Positions 58,936 to 64,000 of a stretch of 64,000 nt of DNA are shown here, one piece after another. The translations under genes and the position numbers were made by a program. This stretch comes from a virus. The DNA is taken from positions 64,001 through 128,000 of the IMG/VR virus record IMGVR_UViG_3300020416_000001; one strand, given 5' to 3'. Positions within the stretch are counted from its first letter, which is position 1; every line of letters starts with the position of its first letter. The notes under the pieces were generated by a model. That model was not told the DNA's origin. It saw nothing but the letters and a program-made list of their open reading frames with translations, and ran no database searches.

Positions 58936-59770
58936 GTTTAGAATTACTATGCACGTGTGGTTTGATATAGTTCACACCCTGTACCACAACGTCTGCACAT
59001 ACACTATAGTATGGTGACTTTGGATGGAAGGTGATTCCCGCTTTCATAAGTTCACCACAGTTTTTTAATCTCGCGATCTCAAAGTCTAATCTCTTGTTTG
59101 CAGTCAACTGACGTTGCATATTTAGTTGGGTTTGGACTGCCTCTTTACATTGTTGTTGTGCCTTCTTATCGAGAGGTATAGACCACGTAGCAGATACACC
59201 GATGGATAGGTTATATGTATCTTTCTGTCCCGTTCTTACAGGAATTTGATATAACACTGACCCAGGATTGTCAGGTGCACCGTCTCCTATTTGATTACCA
59301 TCGTCATCTGTTGTACCTGTTAGGTCACGCATATCATATACATTATCAAACCATTCACCTTCAAATGGTTTCTGTCCAGATGCACTACCTGTTGCATATG
59401 GTGTGATGTTAAGTGTACTACCTTGACACTGAATACCACCACCGTAAGTGTTAGTTATATACGGACCTTGTAAAACTTGTATTGCCTGATTAGTCACGCT
59501 ACCACTGGAGTTTGCGATGGGCGCTGCAGTTGCAGATACACCACCAACAGTCTCAGCATTGACTACTTGAGGGGATAAGATTGATAAGGCAAGTGCCCCT
59601 ATTGTTGGAAGATTGAGGTTGTGTCTGTGACGCTTGTAACCTCTGTTACCCTCTGGATTATTGTTTGATTTTGAAGTCCAGGTCCAGAGTAAGTTTCTGT
59701 AAATTGAAATGCGGATCCCACATTGTTCTGGGTCCAGTTTGGTTTGTTGTTGATGTTTAATCCTGTCCAT
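58721..59770 (-). CDS. secreted/outer-membrane-like protein (start uncertain)
   Basis: Signal-like IGALALSILSPQVVNA|ET; SIGVSATWSIPLD followed by a long helix; four Cys in the mature part. Confidence 0.65.
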   Translation of the reverse strand: MDRIKHQQQTKLDPEQCGIRISIYRNLLWTWTSKSNNNPEGNRGYKRHRHNLNLPTIGALALSILSPQVVNAETVGGVSATAAPIANSSGSVTNQAIQVLQGPYITNTYGGGIQCQGSTLNITPYATGSASGQKPFEGEWFDNVYDMRDLTGTTDDDGNQIGDGAPDNPGSVLYQIPVRTGQKDTYNLSIGVSATWSIPLDKKAQQQCKEAVQTQLNMQRQLTANKRLDFEIARLKNCGELMKAGITFHPKSPYYSVCADVVVQGVNYIKPHVHSNSKPISSSSSSTLEVPVSSNAADLGGPFEIGVSEPVQTEIQSSQSSSSQQVSQFSEEDRQAVLRATQRWQQQQQ

Positions 59771-60060
59771 TTTGAAGTCACGCCATCAATAGTTTGAGAT
59801 TGTTCACTTACACCTGGTGTCATAGATGCACCATCGTGTTTTACGTTTGTACCAGAAACGGAATACACCCAACCCGTAGCATAGTCCATCGAATTTATCG
59901 TCTCAGTTACCTTGGAAGTCGTTTCCGTGTGGCTCGTCATACTTCCCTGAGTGAAATTTGGCACCACGGGCACTGCGAGAACAGGTGCAGTAGAATTGAC
60001 TACGAGTGCACCTGTTGCAATACACGTTACGATCTTTCCAAAAGGGATGTTCACGTACAT
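59599..60060 (-). CDS. secreted beta-rich protein
   Basis: GGAG RBS; signal peptide ending APVLA|VPVVPNF; Thr/Ser-rich. Confidence 0.75.
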   Translation of the reverse strand: MYVNIPFGKIVTCIATGALVVNSTAPVLAVPVVPNFTQGSMTSHTETTSKVTETINSMDYATGWVYSVSGTNVKHDGASMTPGVSEQSQTIDGVTSKWTGLNINNKPNWTQNNVGSAFQFTETYSGPGLQNQTIIQRVTEVTSVTDTTSIFQQ

Positions 60061-60066
60061 TCTCCA

Positions 60067-60567
60067 CTAGTCGATTCGGATCTCGGATACAAATTGACCG
60101 ACAGCACTGGTTCCTGCCCCACCTGCTGTTAAACCGATAGTAGAACTGGAATCGATAGTTCCTGCCAAACTGCCCGCACTGCCTGCAGCAGTTGAGGTCT
60201 GGTTACTGAAGTTACTTACAGCACCGACAGTAGGAGCACTACCAGATATTGCATCCCCTTGCAAGAATGACTGAGTAAAACTCCAAGATTCGCCTGCAGT
60301 CGCTTGGGTCGCTGTCAATGCAGGGATCGATCCAACGCCTGAGGAAATGGTAAGTGCACCAATAGAAGAGGTTGCTGAACCACCACTGGGTGTATATTGT
60401 GTGGTGACATTGTTGCCACTTACACTATACGACGTACCTATGCGTTGTACATTTGTTGCTGCTGCGTCCACATTGAGTTGGACACTGCTGCTTAATTTAT
60501 GTGTTACATCGGCATATGCAGGTGCCGTCATCAAAACCATACCAAAGAGCAATGCTACTCTTTTCAT
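60067..60567 (-). CDS. secreted beta-rich protein
   Basis: Classical signal peptide MKRVALLFGMVLMTAPAYA|D. Confidence 0.8.
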   Translation of the reverse strand: MKRVALLFGMVLMTAPAYADVTHKLSSSVQLNVDAAATNVQRIGTSYSVSGNNVTTQYTPSGGSATSSIGALTISSGVGSIPALTATQATAGESWSFTQSFLQGDAISGSAPTVGAVSNFSNQTSTAAGSAGSLAGTIDSSSTIGLTAGGAGTSAVGQFVSEIRID

Positions 60568-60598
60568 TCTTCTAGAAATACAAAGTTATAACTAAGCC

Positions 60599-60606
60599 TA
60601 TTTAGC
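60599..60606 (-). promoter_or_regulatory. late promoter for the minus-strand operon
   Basis: Minus strand reads GCTAAATA, 31 nt before the ATG at 60567. Confidence 0.65.
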
Positions 60607-60665
60607 GTGTTGATAACTGCACATATGATACCGTTTTAACCGAACCCGTAATCCATTGTCACAAC

Positions 60666-60673
60666 TATAAATA
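60666..60673 (+). promoter_or_regulatory. late promoter of hsp20
   Basis: Exact TATAAATA. Confidence 0.85.
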
Positions 60674-60677
60674 ACTT

Positions 60678-60727
60678 TGTCGCCTTCGGGGACATTAAAC
60701 CAAATCTCGCTCTTAAGGAGAATTATG
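60678..60727 (+). promoter_or_regulatory. structured 5' UTR, ROSE-like RNA thermometer candidate
   Basis: cUUCGg hairpin, then a UCUC-G-CU/AG-GAGA hairpin covering the Shine-Dalgarno. Confidence 0.65.
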
Positions 60728-61189
60728 AATCAATTCACTTCAAGTGATCTAGATAGAATCTTACAAGCATCTAGGTCATACTCAGTCGGACTCGACAACA
60801 TCTTCCACAGACTAGAGGCACGTGCCCTAGCAGACCACGAGAAAACATCTTACCCTCCATACAACCTGATCAAAGAAACAGATCATAGATGGGTCATCGA
60901 GGTAGCATTAGCAGGATTCAAACAGGAAGAGTTCGAGGTCGCAACAGAAACTAACGTCCTATCGATCAGGACAGTCGCAGAAAAGAACGATGATGATAGA
61001 GGTTATCTGCATAAAGGTGTAGCAAAAAGATCCTTTGCTAGGACATTCACACTTTCCGATGATGTCAAGATCGGTGATGTCAACTACGAAGACGGTCTAT
61101 TGACCATCGTATTGAACAAGGTGGTACCTGACAGTCACAAGAGAAAGGTGTATAATATTGGATGTGGTTGCAAACCTGACTCTAATTGA
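60725..61189 (+). CDS. hsp20: small heat-shock protein (IbpA-like)
   Basis: YPPYNLIK, IEVALAGF, YLHKGVAKRSFARTFTL, DGLLTI; start at ATG 60725 after AAGGAG. Confidence 0.95.
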   Translation: MNQFTSSDLDRILQASRSYSVGLDNIFHRLEARALADHEKTSYPPYNLIKETDHRWVIEVALAGFKQEEFEVATETNVLSIRTVAEKNDDDRGYLHKGVAKRSFARTFTLSDDVKIGDVNYEDGLLTIVLNKVVPDSHKRKVYNIGCGCKPDSN

Positions 61190-61374
61190 AGAAAAAACTA
61201 GTCGCACTGTTCACCAGTACATTCACTCATCTGTTCCTGATCGTCTCAGGAACTTTGATCATTATTGAATTCGCTCATCTTCGTGCTCATAAGAGTTACG
61301 AGATAGATGTCCACGGTTATGTAAAGCAATTTTGCAGACTGAATGACTGTGAAAAACTGAACTCTGAACTGTGA
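61186..61374 (+). CDS. small single-TM protein
   Basis: TTG start overlapping the hsp20 stop; hydrophobic N-terminal half. Confidence 0.55.
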   Translation: MKKKLVALFTSTFTHLFLIVSGTLIIIEFAHLRAHKSYEIDVHGYVKQFCRLNDCEKLNSEL

Positions 61375-61392
61375 CTATATAATGCACAACAG

Positions 61393-61417
61393 AAGAGACC
61401 CCTTCGGGTCTCTTTTT
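61393..61417 (+). terminator. Rho-independent terminator
   Basis: AAGAGACCC-CTTC-GGGTCTCTT followed by TTT. Confidence 0.9.
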
Positions 61418-61433
61418 CTATGGAGTCTTTTTA

Positions 61434-61673
61434 ATGAATCACTATGTGAACTGCGCTCCAAGGGGGAGCGACGATTACGAATCGATTACACTCGATGTTC
61501 CAACTAAAAATGTTGAAGAGGTTTTGCATCTAGCAAGAACCCTCGCCGATGAGCATAACGTGGATGTTCGTAGAGCATTCTCTGATATTGTTCGTGGTGT
61601 TTACCATAACCTAACTGAAAATTATGACAGTAAAAATCGTAAGAATGATCAACGGCGAAGACGTCATCGCTGA
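61434..61673 (+). CDS. hypothetical protein
   Basis: GGAG RBS; 79 aa. Confidence 0.65.
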   Translation: MNHYVNCAPRGSDDYESITLDVPTKNVEEVLHLARTLADEHNVDVRRAFSDIVRGVYHNLTENYDSKNRKNDQRRRRHR

Positions 61674-61974
61674 TGTTCAAGAAGCATATCCTGAGGAGAA
61701 AGCATACTCTCCTATTGGTTACCTGATGAAGGATCCTTATCAAGTAAATCTACACGCTGCAGCAGAAATGCTGTTTGAAGGAACCCAAGCAGAACCACAG
61801 AAAATCAATGACCTGAACTTGGAATTGTTTCCTTGGATCCCACTTTCCAAAAATAATGCTACACTAGTAGTATTGAGCAACGTCGCTACAATCTACAATC
61901 CACACCCTGAGGTGGAATCAAAATGGAAAACTTGTATCAAAGGTAATGACACCACTGAAAATAATCCTACTTAA
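61624..61974 (+). CDS. conserved hypothetical protein, possibly Sm-like
   Basis: VKIVRMINGEDVIADV...PW.PLS. Confidence 0.7.
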   Translation: MTVKIVRMINGEDVIADVQEAYPEEKAYSPIGYLMKDPYQVNLHAAAEMLFEGTQAEPQKINDLNLELFPWIPLSKNNATLVVLSNVATIYNPHPEVESKWKTCIKGNDTTENNPT

Positions 61975-62182
61975 GGATCACACACACCTGATAGGTGCAG
62001 TCACAGAACTAGATGAGGAACCTTCATACCTCATCTCAGACTGTATGAAAATTGATGATGGTAACTACATCAAGTATCCTCTCTACACTGACCAACGTGA
62101 CATCTTCTTGACTTCTGACGTGGTTTTGACTATAGTTGAACCGTCTGAAGAGACCTTGACAAACTACAAGAAGGCACTTTGA
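61946..62182 (+). CDS. conserved hypothetical protein before gp43
   Basis: LKIILLKD, ELDEEPS, LTIVEP. Confidence 0.7.
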   Translation: MTPLKIILLKDHTHLIGAVTELDEEPSYLISDCMKIDDGNYIKYPLYTDQRDIFLTSDVVLTIVEPSEETLTNYKKAL

Positions 62183-64000
62183 GTTCAGTTTATACAAACG
62201 TAACATTGCTAGGCGACTCCATCCTGTGTCGTGGATACGAGGATGGTGTACCTATTCAATACAAAGAAATCATCAAACCAACATTGTACGTTCCCTCACC
62301 GAAAGGTAAGTGGAGAACTCTTGAGGGCGAGAAGATGGCACCTGTCAAACAAGACGGTGCTAAGCGTGCTCGTGAATTCATTGAGAAGTACAAGGGGGTT
62401 GATGGTTTTGAAGTGCACGGTTACGAACGATTTGTATATCAGTGGATCTCTGAGAAATACCCTCAGGATATGAGGGCGAACCTTGACCAGATGAAAATCT
62501 ATACGATTGACATCGAGGTTGCTTGTGAAAATGGTTTCCCAGATACCGAAGCGTGTCAAGAAGAGATGCTTCTTATTACTATTAAAGATCTTAGTAGTGG
62601 TAAGTACATCACTTGGGGTACACGTGAGGCAAAGATAGAGACAGAGTATCGTGTCTTTTGGACCGAGCAGGAGATGTTGACTGACTTCCATAATTGGTGG
62701 GTAGAAAACACTCCTGATATAGTGACTGGTTGGAACTGTAATCTGTATGACATCCCCTATATCTGCCGTCGTATTGAACGTGTGCTAGGAGAGAAGTGGC
62801 AAAAATCACTCTCACCTTGGAACAAGGTCAATATGCGTGAGGTATTCATCAAGGGTCGTAAGAACTTGTCTTACAGCATCCTTGGAGTTAGCATTCTGGA
62901 TTACCTTGATCTATACCGAAAGTTTACATATACCAACCAAGAGTCATACCGTCTTGACCATATTGCATTCGTCGAACTAGATGAACGCAAGTTAGATCAC
63001 AGCGAGTTTGAAAACTTCAAAGCATTCTATACGGATGACTGGCAGAAGTTTGTAGAGTACAACATCCACGACGTTGAACTGGTAGATCGTCTTGAGCACA
63101 AGATGAAACTACTTGAACTTGCTGTGGTTATGGCATACGATGCCAAAGTAAACTTCGAAGATGTGTACTCACAGGTTCGTATGTGGGACACTCTCATTTA
63201 CAACTACCTCAAGGAGCGTAAGATCTGTGTCCCTCCCAGACAAGAGAGCAACAAGAATGACAAGTATGCGGGAGCATATGTCAAAGAACCTAAACCAGGT
63301 CTTTATGAATGGGTGGTTTCGTTTGACCTTAACTCTCTCTATCCTCATCTCATTATGCAATATAATATTTCACCTGAGACCCTCATCGACACCAGACACC
63401 CCTCCGCCAGTGTTGATGGACTGCTCAATAAAGAGATACGAATCAGTGGAGATTACTGTGTGTGTGCCAACAGAGCACAATACAGGAAGGACATCCAAGG
63501 ATTCCTACCAAAGATGATGCAAAAGATCTACGATGAACGTGTGATCTATAAGAAGAAGATGATCAAGGCGAAGAAAGAATATGAGAAGACTGGTAACAAA
63601 AAGTTACAGGATGATATTTCTGCCTTCAACAATATACAGATGGCGCGAAAGATTCAGTTGAACTCTGCATATGGTGCTATTGGTAACCAATACTTTAGGT
63701 ATTATAACCTAGCAAATGCCGAAGCAATCACTCTTTCGGGTCAGGTTTCTATCCGTTGGATCGAAAATAAGATGAATACTTATCTAAATAATCTACTCAA
63801 CACGGAAAAGGAGGATTATGTCATTGCATCTGACACTGACTCAATCTATCTTAACCTTGGACCTCTTGTTGATAAATTTTTTGGTAGTAAGTGTGGCGAT
63901 AAAGACGCAGTTGTGGGGATACTTGACAAGATCTGCCAAGAGAAGATTGAACCCTACATTGATAAGTCTTACGCGGAACTCGCGTCGTATGTATCGGCGT
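62179..64000 (+). CDS. gp43: family B DNA polymerase gp43 (3'-truncated; missed by the ORF track)
   Basis: TTG start; TIDIEVACENGFP (ExoI), SFDLNSLYPHLIMQYNISPET (motif A), KIQLNSAYG (motif B), ASDTDSIY (motif C); open to the window end. Confidence 0.97.
   Translation, partial: MSSVYTNVTLLGDSILCRGYEDGVPIQYKEIIKPTLYVPSPKGKWRTLEGEKMAPVKQDGAKRAREFIEKYKGVDGFEVHGYERFVYQWISEKYPQDMRANLDQMKIYTIDIEVACENGFPDTEACQEEMLLITIKDLSSGKYITWGTREAKIETEYRVFWTEQEMLTDFHNWWVENTPDIVTGWNCNLYDIPYICRRIERVLGEKWQKSLSPWNKVNMREVFIKGRKNLSYSILGVSILDYLDLYRKFTYTNQESYRLDHIAFVELDERKLDHSEFENFKAFYTDDWQKFVEYNIHDVELVDRLEHKMKLLELAVVMAYDAKVNFEDVYSQVRMWDTLIYNYLKERKICVPPRQESNKNDKYAGAYVKEPKPGLYEWVVSFDLNSLYPHLIMQYNISPETLIDTRHPSASVDGLLNKEIRISGDYCVCANRAQYRKDIQGFLPKMMQKIYDERVIYKKKMIKAKKEYEKTGNKKLQDDISAFNNIQMARKIQLNSAYGAIGNQYFRYYNLANAEAITLSGQVSIRWIENKMNTYLNNLLNTEKEDYVIASDTDSIYLNLGPLVDKFFGSKCGDKDAVVGILDKICQEKIEPYIDKSYAELASYVSA

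Noticed and set aside
62179-64000. Apparently gene-free or fragmented end of the window
   Set aside because: It is a continuous gp43 frame; the track omitted it because there is no stop before the edge
1-64000. tRNAs, introns, homing endonucleases, DGR, integrase or transposase
   Set aside because: None recognised; core genes are uninterrupted and intergenic gaps are short

Overview
64 kb of a T4-like marine cyanomyovirus (Synechococcus/Prochlorococcus phage). Almost all genes are on the + strand, in the usual order: baseplate and fibre genes (gp9-like, gp7-like, gp8, VrlC-like, a 2088-aa fibre), neck and tail gp13-15, gp16, a variable island (basic internal-protein-like ORFs, plastocyanin, SNase-like nuclease), gp17-gp23, gp3, uvsY, uvsW, gp55, pcyA, gp47/46, four 2OG-Fe(II) oxygenases, a VWA/AAA pair, gp45/44/62, dam, regA, a seven-gene membrane/secreted cluster, hsp20, and the 5' part of gp43. 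Main leads: (1) an amicyanin-type copper-ligand module (H...C-x2-H-x2-M) in three virion proteins, apparently inserted inside other domains twice; (2) two convergent late operons encoding only membrane or signal-peptide proteins; (3) a ROSE-like RNA thermometer before hsp20; (4) a near-consensus antisense sigma70 promoter next to gp55; (5) strong avoidance of CATG, RGCY and GCTGG; (6) T4-type capsid-targeting sequences on basic polyproteins. All calls come from motif recognition by eye; no searches or counts were run.
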